DNA of 64,000 nt. It comes from an uncultured Phycisphaerales bacterium. Lineage in GTDB: Bacteria > Planctomycetota > Phycisphaerae > Tepidisphaerales > Tepidisphaeraceae. The notes beneath the pieces were generated by a model. It was not told where the DNA came from, made no database searches, and was given only the letters and a program-made list of their open reading frames with translations. This document shows, in pieces, positions 54,728 to 64,000 of this stretch. The position numbers were made by a program, and so were the translations under genes. How positions within the stretch are numbered: position 1 is the first letter of the stretch; each line of letters opens with the position of its first letter. The stretch covers positions 4,736,001 to 4,800,000 of the forward strand of contig CAVWLP010000002.1 in assembly GCA_963755915.1 (NCBI GenBank), in the 5' to 3' direction.

Positions 54728-54807
54728 TGGATTGTGTTTATCTCGGCGCAATGATCGCGTTCTTCGCCATCTGCGTCCTTTACGCCCACGCGTTTGGAAA
54801 GATTTGA
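54727..54807 (+). CDS. 26-aa hydrophobic peptide upstream of kdpF
   Basis: MDCVYLGAMIAFFAICVLYAHAFGKI*; AAGGAG RBS; overlaps previous stop. Confidence 0.65.
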   Translation: MDCVYLGAMIAFFAICVLYAHAFGKI

Positions 54808-54825
54808 ATTTCAGGAGTCACCGTC

Positions 54826-54912
54826 ATGGCTGAAAACATTATTGTTGGAATCGCATCCGTTGGATTGATGGTTTACCTGTTCTGGACCCTCATCCGTCCC
54901 GAGCATTTCTAA
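54826..54912 (+). CDS. kdpF: K+-ATPase subunit F
   Basis: MAENIIVGIASVGLMVYLFWTLIRPEHF* with YL..L.RPE.F signature; AGGAG RBS. Confidence 0.88.
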   Translation: MAENIIVGIASVGLMVYLFWTLIRPEHF

Positions 54913-54932
54913 CGCAGCAAGAGCGCTGAATT

Positions 54933-56663
54933 ATGTCAACGTCCGGCTGGATACAACTCGCGGTTTATGTCGTGGTGCTCGTGGCGGTCACGAAGCCCAT
55001 GGGCATCTACCTTTTGCAGGTGCTCGACCCCGAGTTCGCCGGCGGCACGTTCCTCGATCGCGCTCTTGGGCCGGTCGAGCGCCTCATCTACGCCATCCTG
55101 CGCGTTGATCCCAAGCGCGAGCAGACCTGGAAGCAGTATGGGATCGCCATGCTCATCTTCAGCGTCGTCACGGCATTGATGACCTACACGATTCTGCGCC
55201 TCCAGAACCATCTGCCGCTGAATCCTCAGAGTTTCCCGGCCGTCGCCGACCATCTCGCTTTCAATACCTCGGCGAGTTTCACGACCAATACGAATTGGCA
55301 GAGCTACGGCGGCGAATCGACGATGTCGTATCTGTCGCAGATGCTGGCGCTGGCGAGCCACAACTTTTTCTCGGCTGCCGTGGGCATCGCCGTGGCGGCG
55401 GCTGTTATTCGGGGGATCGCTCGCAACAAGATCGGCACTCTCGGCAACTTCTGGCGCGATCTGGTCCGGCTTCACCTTTACCTGCTGCTGCCCATCTGCG
55501 TTCTTTACGCATCGTTCCTGATGAGCCAGGGAATCATTCAAAACTTCCGGCATTACTCAGTGCTCAATACGTTCGATCAAAGCGCGGCGGCGCAGCAGAC
55601 CATCGGCCAGGGACCAGTCGCTTCGCAGATCGCGATCAAAATGCTTGGCACCAACGGCGGCGGATTCTTCAACGCCAATGCAGCTCATCCTTTTGAGAAT
55701 TCAACGCCCCTTTGCAATTTCATTCAGATTCTGTCGATCTTCGTGATCCCCAGCGGTTTGACCTACTACCTCGGCCGGATGGTCAAAGACCAGGGCCACG
55801 GGTGGACCGTCTGGGCGGCGATGTTTGCCCTGTTCATCGCCGGGGTTGTGATCGCCTGGCCGGCGGAAGCCGCGGGCAATCCGCGTTTCACCTCACTGGG
55901 AGTCGATTCGGCAGCTGGGAATATGGAAGGCAAGGAAGTCCGCTTCGGAATTTTCGACTCGGCACTCTTTGCAACGATTACAACAGACGCCTCCTGCGGC
56001 GCCGTTAACTGCATGCACGACAGCATGACTCCGCTCGGAGGGCTGGTGCCGCTGTTCAATATTCAGACGGGCGAAGTCATCTTCGGCGGCGTTGGAGCGG
56101 GAATGTATGGCATGCTTATCTTTGTCATCCTCGCCATCTTCATCGCCGGATTGATGGTCGGACGCACGCCGGAATATCTCGGCAAGAAAATCGAAGGCTT
56201 CGACGTGAAATGCGCCGTATTGGCGATCCTTGCGCCCGCGGTCTGCATCCTTGGCTTCACCGCTTGGGCGTCGCAGAAAGACTGGGGAGTCGCCGGCACG
56301 AACAACAACGGCCCGCACGGCTTCAGTGAAATTCTCTACGCCTATACTTCCTGCGCCGGCAACAACGGCTCCGCCTTCGCCGGCATCAATACCAATACTC
56401 CCAATTACAACGACACATTGGCCATCGACATGCTCCTGGGCCGATTCTTCATGATCATCCCAATGCTCGCGATGGGTGGCCACCTCGCCACCAAGCGAAT
56501 CGCTCCGCAAAGCGCGGGCAGCTTCCCCGTCTCCGGAACCACTTTCACGCTCCTGCTCATCGGCACCGTCGTCATCGTCGGCGCGCTCACGTTTCTGCCG
56601 GCGCTGGCCATGGGGCCGATCGTTGAGCACTTTCAGATGTGGGGATCAAGGATGACCTTTTAA
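54933..56663 (+). CDS. kdpA: K+-ATPase subunit A, canonical
   Basis: Filter loops NTNWQ, TNGGG, SCGAV, NNGSA; GRTPEYLGKK. Confidence 0.96.
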   Translation: MSTSGWIQLAVYVVVLVAVTKPMGIYLLQVLDPEFAGGTFLDRALGPVERLIYAILRVDPKREQTWKQYGIAMLIFSVVTALMTYTILRLQNHLPLNPQSFPAVADHLAFNTSASFTTNTNWQSYGGESTMSYLSQMLALASHNFFSAAVGIAVAAAVIRGIARNKIGTLGNFWRDLVRLHLYLLLPICVLYASFLMSQGIIQNFRHYSVLNTFDQSAAAQQTIGQGPVASQIAIKMLGTNGGGFFNANAAHPFENSTPLCNFIQILSIFVIPSGLTYYLGRMVKDQGHGWTVWAAMFALFIAGVVIAWPAEAAGNPRFTSLGVDSAAGNMEGKEVRFGIFDSALFATITTDASCGAVNCMHDSMTPLGGLVPLFNIQTGEVIFGGVGAGMYGMLIFVILAIFIAGLMVGRTPEYLGKKIEGFDVKCAVLAILAPAVCILGFTAWASQKDWGVAGTNNNGPHGFSEILYAYTSCAGNNGSAFAGINTNTPNYNDTLAIDMLLGRFFMIIPMLAMGGHLATKRIAPQSAGSFPVSGTTFTLLLIGTVVIVGALTFLPALAMGPIVEHFQMWGSRMTF

Positions 56664-56696
56664 ACAAGGTTTTTGAGGGTTGGAAGGTATATCACT

Positions 56697-58538
56697 ATGA
56701 GTTACATGTCAGGTTCAGGTTGGGTTCAGTTGCTCGTCTTCTGCATCGGCTTGCTCCTTATCACCAAGCCGATGGGCCTCTATCTCCTGCGCGTCCTCGA
56801 CCCCGAAGTCGAGGGGGGCGTGGGACCGCTCGAGAAAATCCTCGGGCCGATTGAGAGGTTCACCTATTTTATCGCCCGAGTCGATCCCAAGAAGCAGCAG
56901 AACTGGAAGCAGTATCTCCTGTCCGTGCTCATGCTGGGATTCGTGACCATGGCACTCAGCTATGGGCTCTACCGGATTCAGGACATGCTGCCGCTTAAGC
57001 AGAACATGGCGAATCTCGCCCAGTCGGTCGACAAGTCCGGCGTGATAAATGGCGGGGGAAAAGTCCCGGGCATCATCGCCTTTATCCAAGGCGCCAGTTT
57101 CGTAACCAACACCGACTGGCAGAGCTACGAGCCGGAGCAGATGTTCACCTACTTCTCGCAGACGGTCTCGACCGCCCTGCACTTCTTCTTCTCCTCGGAG
57201 GTGGGCATCGCTGCCGCCGCGGTGGTGGTTCGATCGATTCGCCGCCGGGAGACGCGCGATCTGGGGAACTTCTGGGTGGATCTGACTCGCCAGACGCTTT
57301 ACCTCTTCCTGCCGATCTGCGTCGTGTTTGCGACGCTGGATATGTGGCAGGGAATTCCGATGAATTTTAACGCCTACACAAAGGCGACGGCGGTGGATCA
57401 ATCCGGCGCATCGGCCGGGCAACCCACGGTTCAAGGCATATTGCAGGGACCGATGGCTTCTTATTGTGCCCCGAAAGTTCTGGGCCTTAACGGCCCCGGA
57501 TTTACCGGCGCCGACTGCGCCCATCCGTTCGAAAATCCCACTCCGCTGGCCGAATTCCTTCAGTGGATGCTCTTTTTCTCCATCCCCTCCGGCATCGTCT
57601 ACTACTATGGCCGGATGATCGGCAACTCGCTTCACGCGTGGAATATCTGGCTGATCATGTTCATCATGCTGATGGGCACCCTCTTCGTCACCTGGTATTA
57701 CGAAGCCCAACCCAACCCCAACTTCGTGGCGATGGGCATCGACCCTCACAACGCCAACATGGAAGGCAAGGAAGTCCGCTTCGGAATCTATAACTCCGCG
57801 GCCTGGGCCAACGATGTCACCTGCACGGCCGAAGGCGCCAACAACTGTCAGCACGACTCGTTGACCCCCATGGCCGATTTCATGCTCCTCTTCAACATGC
57901 ACATGGGTGAACTTGTCTTCGGTGGCATCGGAACGGGCCTGTACACCATGATCATTTTCACGCTCGTGTCGGTCTTCCTCGCCGGGCTGATGATCGGCCG
58001 AACGCCGGAATACCTTGGCAAGAAGGTGGATGCCTACGGCGTGAAATGCGCGTGTCTCTACATGCTGGTGATGGTGATCGACGCCATCGGATTCACCGCC
58101 TGGGGCGCCGCCGCGACTTGGGGCAATGGAGCCGTCGGCAATAACGGGCCGCACGGTTTCAGCGAGATTTTCTACGCTTACAGCTCCGGAATGGCGAATA
58201 ACGGCACCGCCATGGGCGGCTACGGCTATTCGCCCACGGGCACCAATGCCGCCGGGCAGACGGTGTACACCAACACCATGTTCAACTGGACGCAGACTTA
58301 CTGCATGCTGATCGGCCGCTACTGGGAGCTGATCCCGGTTCTCGCCCTGGCCGGTGCGCTGGCGATTAAAAAACCGGCGCCTGCATCCGCGGGAAGCTTC
58401 CCCGTCGTCGGACCTACGTTTGTCTTACTTATCATCGCGGTCATCGTCATCGTCGGGGCGCTCAACTTCCTCCCCGGCCTGGCAATGGGACCGCTGCTGG
58501 AGCATTTCATCATGCGTGGCGGTGGAGTCCTGTACTGA
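56697..58538 (+). CDS. kdpA: Second, divergent KdpA with altered selectivity filter
   Basis: Full length and open; filter loops NTDWQ, LNGPG, AEGAN, NNGTA; MEGKEVRFG, GRTPEYLGKK. Confidence 0.92.
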   Translation: MSYMSGSGWVQLLVFCIGLLLITKPMGLYLLRVLDPEVEGGVGPLEKILGPIERFTYFIARVDPKKQQNWKQYLLSVLMLGFVTMALSYGLYRIQDMLPLKQNMANLAQSVDKSGVINGGGKVPGIIAFIQGASFVTNTDWQSYEPEQMFTYFSQTVSTALHFFFSSEVGIAAAAVVVRSIRRRETRDLGNFWVDLTRQTLYLFLPICVVFATLDMWQGIPMNFNAYTKATAVDQSGASAGQPTVQGILQGPMASYCAPKVLGLNGPGFTGADCAHPFENPTPLAEFLQWMLFFSIPSGIVYYYGRMIGNSLHAWNIWLIMFIMLMGTLFVTWYYEAQPNPNFVAMGIDPHNANMEGKEVRFGIYNSAAWANDVTCTAEGANNCQHDSLTPMADFMLLFNMHMGELVFGGIGTGLYTMIIFTLVSVFLAGLMIGRTPEYLGKKVDAYGVKCACLYMLVMVIDAIGFTAWGAAATWGNGAVGNNGPHGFSEIFYAYSSGMANNGTAMGGYGYSPTGTNAAGQTVYTNTMFNWTQTYCMLIGRYWELIPVLALAGALAIKKPAPASAGSFPVVGPTFVLLIIAVIVIVGALNFLPGLAMGPLLEHFIMRGGGVLY

Positions 58539-58583
58539 AGCTAATTTTGAAAACCAATTTGAGAGAGATTGAGGTTTAATCCT

Positions 58584-60674
58584 ATGGCTGCCAAAGCACG
58601 ACCCCTGTTCGATCCCGAAATCGTCATGCCGGCGATCTGGGAGAGCGTTAAGAAGCTCAACCCCGTTCACATGGTCAAGAACCCCGTCATGTTCGTGACC
58701 GAAGTTGGCGCGGTTCCTGACCACGCTAGATCTGTTCTTCACCAAGGACTCCCTCTGCGTTCGTCGCCCAGATTTCGCTGTGGCTGTGGTTCACGGTTCT
58801 CTTCGCCAACTTCGCCGAGGCCATGGCCGAAGGCCGCGGCAAGGCCCAGGCGGATGCCCTGCGCAAGAGCCGCACCAAAACCGTCGGCCGCAAGCTCATG
58901 CCTGACGGCTCGATTCAGACGGTCCCCGCGGAATCGTTCCGCAAGGGAGATATCTTCGTGGTGACGGCCAACGAGCTGATCGCCGCCGACGGCGAGATCA
59001 TCGAAGGCGCGGCCAGCGTTAACGAATCGGCCATCACCGGTGAATCCGCCCCGGTCATCCGCGAAGCCGGCGGCGACCGCTCGGCCGTTACCGGCGGCAC
59101 GACTGTCCTCTCGGATGAGATCAAGGTCCGCGTCACCGCCAACCCCGGCGAGAGCTTCATGGACCGCATGATCGAGCTGATCGAAGGCGCCAAACGTCAG
59201 AAGACGCCCAACGAAATCGCCCTTTCGATTCTGCTCTCGGCCCTGACGATCATCTTCCTGGCCGTCTGCATCACCATGCTCCCCTTCGCGATTTACACGC
59301 AGACGTATCTCAGCGCCGATGTCTACGCAGAAGGTGAGCCTGGCATCTTCTCCGTGACGGTGCTGATCGCCCTGCTGGTCTGCCTGATTCCGACAACGAT
59401 CGGCGGACTGCTTTCCGCCATCGGCATCGCCGGCATCGACCGAATGGTGCAGCACAACGTGCTGGCCATGAGCGGTAAAGCCGTTGAAGCCGCCGGCGAC
59501 GTCGACGTGCTTCTGCTGGATAAAACCGGCACGATCACCCTCGGCAATCGCGCCGCAGCCGAATTCATTCCCGCGCCGGGAGTGACGGAGACGGAATTAG
59601 CCGATGCCGCCCAGCTTTCCTCGCTGGCGGATGAAACGCCCGAGGGCCGCAGCATCGTCGTGCTGGCCAAGGAAAAGTACGGCATCCGCGGCCGGGAAAT
59701 CGGCGATATGCCCCATGCCGAATTCGTCCCCTTCACCGCCCAGACGCGCATGAGCGGCCTGAACTTGAATGGCGAAATGATCCGCAAAGGTGCTGCCGAC
59801 AGCGTTCGCAAATTCGTCCTGGCCGGTGGCGGCCGCCTTCCCCGCCGAGATCGATCGAACCGGTGGAAACGATCAGCCGCGCCGGCGGCACGCCTCTCGT
59901 CGTCGCCAGCACCACCAAAGTTTATGGAACGTCATTTATCTCAAGGACATCGTCAAGAGCGGCCTGCCCGACCGCTTCCAGCGCTTCCGGGCCATGGGCA
60001 TCAAGACGGTCATGATCACCGGCGACAACCCGCTGACCGCCGCCGCCATCGCCAAGGAAGCCGGCGTCGATGACTTCCTCGCCCAGGCCACGCCCGAAGA
60101 CAAGCTGGCCCTGCTCAAGAAAGAGCAGGCGGCGGGCCATCTCGTCGCCATGACCGGCGACGGCACCAACGACGCCCCGGCGCTGGCCCAGGCCGACGTC
60201 GGCGTCGCCATGAACACCGGCACCCAGGCCGCCAAGGAGGCCGGCAACATGGTCGATCTCGACAGCAACCCCACGAAGCTGATCGAAGTCGTCGAGATCG
60301 GCAAGCAGCTGCTGATGACCCGCGGCGCGCTGACGACCTTCAGCGTCGCCAACGACGTGGCGAAATATTTCGCCATCATCCCCGCGATGCTCATGGGCGC
60401 GTTCCCGCAGGTCGCCCCGCTGAACATCATGAAGCTGCACACGCCGCACAGCGCCATTCTCAGCGCCGTTATCTTTAACGCGATCATCATCATTCTGCTG
60501 ATTCCGCTGGCGCTGCGGGGCGTGAAATTCCGTCCGGCGCCGGCCGCCGTCATTCTGCGGCGCAATCTGCTGATCTACGGCTTCGGCGGCATCATTGCCC
60601 CGTTCCCCGGAATCAGGCTCATCGACCTTTTCATCAACGCCATCCACCTGCCCGGCTTGGCGATGATGCACTGA
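58584..60674 (+). CDS. kdpB: K+-ATPase subunit B (frameshifted)
   Basis: [40 protein letters not shown]. Confidence 0.93.
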
Positions 60675-60699
60675 AAAAAACGAAAGAAGAATTACCCCC

Positions 60700-61630
60700 A
60701 TGAAAAGCGAAAAAAACACCGGCCACACAATGGTCATCCACCGTGAGAACGACGTCCCCGGCGGCTCCCTGCTCGGCGCACATCTGGGCCTCCATCGCCG
60801 TCACCATCGTCCTGGGCATTATCTGCTGCGGCATCTATCCCCTGCTCATCTGGGGAATCGGCCAGGCGGCATTCCGCTGGCAGGCGGACGGCTCCCTCCT
60901 GGACAAGTACGGGAACCACACGACGGACGATACCCAGGCCGTCGGATCGGCGCTGATCGGCCAGAATTTCTCCGCCGCTCAATACTTCCATCCCCGGCCC
61001 AGCGCGGCCGGCGCGGGCTATGATGCCACCAGTTCAGGCGGGACCAACCTCGGCCCCCTCAGCGATAAGCTTATCAACGGCCTCAATAACGCCGCCACCA
61101 CGCAGCCCACTACCCAGCCCGAATCAATCACCTACGACGGCGTCCGCTTCCGCACCATCCACTACGCCTACACCAACGGCCTTTCCTTCAAGCTCTATAA
61201 CGTCGCGGCCGACGGCACGAAAACGGAAGTCCCGCTCAAGAACTACCAGAACAAGGACGGCACCCTCAACCAAATGGCGATGGTGGACGCGTTCCCCCAC
61301 AACGGCGCCACGGCCGGCCTGATCGCCGGCGATTTCAAAGACGCCAGCGGCAACGACGTGCTGATCCCCGGCGACGCCGTCACCGCCTCAGGTTCCGGCC
61401 TCGACCCCCACATCAGCCCGGCCAACGCCGCCCTGCAGGTTAATCGCGTCGCTGCGGCCAGGAAAATGTCGCCCGACCAAGTGAAAGAGCTCGTCGCCAA
61501 GTACACCGACGGGCCGGATCTGGGAATTCTGGGCGATCCGGGCGTGAATGTTCTGCGGCTGAATATCGCATTGGATAATCAAAATGACCCTCACCCTAAC
61601 CCTCTCCCGGAGTACCGGGAGAGGGGATAA
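60700..61630 (+). CDS. kdpC: K+-ATPase subunit C with large insertion (start uncertain)
   Basis: YPL, GSALIGQ.F, YFHPRPSA, SGGTNLGP, VTASGSGLDPHISP, VNVLRLN. Confidence 0.9.
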
Positions 61631-61634
61631 GAGG
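61588..61634 (+). repeat. REP-like element copy 3, overlapping kdpC 3' end
   Basis: CCCTCACCCTAACCCTCTCCCGGAGTACCGGGAGAGGGGATAAGAGG. Confidence 0.8.
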
Positions 61635-61811
61635 GCGTAAGAGGGAGCGGTTCAAAGAGTCACTTGGGTGCGTGGGCGTCTTGATCAACGTCCAAACCGC
61701 CGCATTCGGGTGCAAACAGGCACTGCGGGGCAACGGCGCTAGTTGCCACACGCCGACCCCGCGGTACCGTTTTAACTTAGAAAGGCAAAATCCGCCCGTG
61801 GCGAATGGCTG

Positions 61812-63497
61812 ATGACAGAGCACAATCTTTCCTCCAGATGATCCGCACGCTCCCAGCGGGGGCGGCTCAAGGTCTATCTCGGTTACGGCCCCGGCGTCGG
61901 AAAAACTTTCCGCATGCTGCAGGAAGCGCACCGCCTTAAAAACGAAGGGATCGACGTCGTCGTTGGCCTCGTCGAAACCCACGGCCGCGCCGAAACCGCC
62001 AGCCTCCTCGAAGGCCTTGAAGTCATCCCCCGCCGAAAGGTCGAATATCACCAAATCGTCGTTGAGGAAATGGATGTGGATGCCGTCATCGCCCGACACC
62101 CCACGGTCGCCATCGTCGATGAGCTCGCCCATACCAACGTCCCCGGCAGCAAAAACACCAAGCGATACCAGGACGTCCAGGACATCGTCGCCGCAGGAAT
62201 ACACGTGATTTCTGCCCTCAACATCCAGCATCTCGAAAGCCTCTACAACATGGTGGAGAACCTCATCGGCGTAAAAGTGCGCGAGCGCCTGCCCGATTCC
62301 GTCCTCGCCGAGGCCGACCAGATCATCAACATCGACCTCTCCGCCGAAGACCTCCAGCAGCGCCTCAAGGAGGGAAAGATCTATCCCATGGAGCGCGTTC
62401 AGTCCTCCCTGGAAAATTTCTTCACCAGCGGCAACCTCGAGCATCTGCGCGAACTGGCCCTGCGCGAACTGGCATCGCAGATCGACTTCAAGCGCCGCGA
62501 AAGCGCCGGCAGCAGCAGGTCGCCGCCCCCACCGACGCCTCGCCCGAGCAGATCATGGTCTGCCTCTCCTCGCGCGGCCCCAACAGCGCCCGCCTCCTCC
62601 GCATCGGATCGCGCCTCGCCGGCCGTCTCAATCGCAACTGGTACGCGGTCTACGTGCAAACGCCTTCCGAAGACCCCACCGTCATCGACGCTGTCACCCA
62701 GCGCCTCCTCGCCGAAACCCAGGACCTCGCCAAGCAGCTTGGCGCAACCGTCTTCCAGTTCAAGGGACAGAACATCGCCGACACTATCCTCCGTTTCGCC
62801 TCGGAATACGGCGTCGGCCAGATCGTCATCGGACGCCCCCATCCCATCCCCTGGTGGAAGCGACTCATCGGCCACCACAGCGTCGCCGAGGATCTCATCC
62901 ACGCGCCAAGGCCGTGAGCATCATCGTCGTCGACGCCGAAAGCGAAGAGCGCCGCAGCACCGAATTCGTCGAGCCCTCCACCCAGGCGACGATCACGTCG
63001 GTCCGCCCCGCCGGCACGCTTAGCCGCCTCCTCACGCCGCAGCGGATCGTCATCTGGGACGATCCCGTGCCGCGGCAGGAAGTCCGCCAGCGCCTCGCCG
63101 AGGCCGTCGCCGCGGCAATCCGAGCCTCGGCATCGACGAGATTGTTGAAAAAACTCGCCGAGCGCGAGCAACTGGGCTCCATCTTCCTCAATGAAGGCAT
63201 CGCCCTGCCGCACGCCCGCATGGAAAAGCTCGACAACCCGGAGGTCGCCCTCGGCCTGACGCGTTCCGGCCTGCTCGACGTTGTCACCGAGCAACCCATC
63301 TCAGCCGTGTTCCTGTTGCTTTCCCCCGCCGCCAAGGCCAACGTCCATCTGCAGCTTCTCGCCAAGGCCGGCCGCGCCCTCCAGAACCGCGAGCTGCGCG
63401 CGCACTGGCCCGCGTTTCCACTCCCGAGGAAGCGATGGAGGCCATCCAGGATTTTGAAGCCGCCTTCAGCGGCCAGACTGTCGTCGCCTCCAAATAA
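61812..63497 (+). CDS. KdpD N-terminal domain + USP + PTS EIIA fusion, no kinase domain (frameshifted)
   Basis: LKVYLGYGPGVGKT, ETHGR, VDELAHTN, LRELALRE; USP MVCLSSRGPN...IVIGR; EIIA ERE.LGS...GIALPHAR...HLQLL. Confidence 0.8.
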
Positions 63498-63499
63498 CC

Positions 63500-63877
63500 A
63501 TGCGCGACGAACCTCCCAGCACCGCCTTCCTTACGGCCCTGGAGGCCATCGCCTCGCGCATCAACGCCGCGACCTTCGCCTTCGACAACCCCGACGGCTC
63601 CCGCCGCGGCTTCGTCCAGTTTCTCGCCAGCCCCGATGACAGCCTCAAGATTCACCGCCTCTGGGTCCTGGAGCCCGGAATCGGTCACGGTTCGCAGATC
63701 CTGACCTCAATCTGCGATCTCGCCGACCAGCACGGCGTGAAAATCGTCCTCAAGACCGTCCCCTTCGGCGGCAAGCCCTACCCCATGCCGCGCGAGTCCC
63801 TCGCCGCCTGGTACCGCCGTCACGGCTTCGAAGGTCCCCGCTGGAAACTCGCGCGAAAACCCGGCGCGCTTCGCTGA
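63500..63877 (+). CDS. Small GNAT-like protein
   Basis: LWV..PGIGHGSQIL..I.DLAD..GV...LAAWYRRHGF. Confidence 0.6.
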   Translation: MRDEPPSTAFLTALEAIASRINAATFAFDNPDGSRRGFVQFLASPDDSLKIHRLWVLEPGIGHGSQILTSICDLADQHGVKIVLKTVPFGGKPYPMPRESLAAWYRRHGFEGPRWKLARKPGALR

Positions 63878-64000
63878 CTCGCCCCTTGTGTTGACTCGCC
63901 TTGCATCAAGCCTCCCCGCTGACAATACTGTTCCGCGCCTGTTTTTGCGGGCGGAACATTTTTTGATGAGCCAAAGCGTCGCAACAGCCGACACCTCTCG

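Noticed and set aside
56697-58538. Second kdpA as an assembly duplication
   Set aside because: It is widely divergent from the first copy in DNA and protein and has its own insertions.
58584-60674. kdpB and tad genes as true pseudogenes
   Set aside because: All catalytic motifs are intact and the breaks are single-base shifts like those throughout the window.
61635-61811. c-di-AMP (ydaO) riboswitch near kdp genes
   Set aside because: No recognisable conserved motifs.

Overview
GC-rich bacterial chromosomal window, most likely Planctomycetota, Phycisphaerae/Tepidisphaerales-like. This is inferred from an N-terminal LE.R.LLS export motif, PEP-CTERM/dockerin-like proteins and recurrent TTQP/TTAP linkers. 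Contents in order: a RedB-like protein with a sensor kinase and REC-GGDEF-EAL protein; an S53 protease; hopanoid C-3 methylase hpnR; TPR proteins and a variant panD; PadR and MarR loci; an IS110-family (IS1111-type) element; a Tad/Flp pilus cluster with two pilins; IS4 and IS5 elements; a PEP-CTERM protein with near-identical 735-bp tandem repeats; housekeeping genes (M3 peptidase, rhaB, trpF); and a ~14 kb unusual kdp locus. Two highlights. (1) The kdp locus has two tandem kdpA genes, the second with substitutions in all four selectivity-filter loops. It also has two micropeptides, an enlarged KdpC, a kinase-less KdpD-USP-PTS EIIA fusion, and a sigma54 activator/kinase with visible enhancer and -24/-12 sites where KdpE would be expected. 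(2) The IS1111-type element has a downstream non-coding RNA whose internal loop matches both flanks of its own insertion site, a REP-like repeat (bridge/seek RNA). Many genes carry single-base frameshifts that look like sequencing/assembly indels, so their coordinates are approximate. All family calls come from motif recognition, not database searches. No rRNA, tRNA or CRISPR array was seen.
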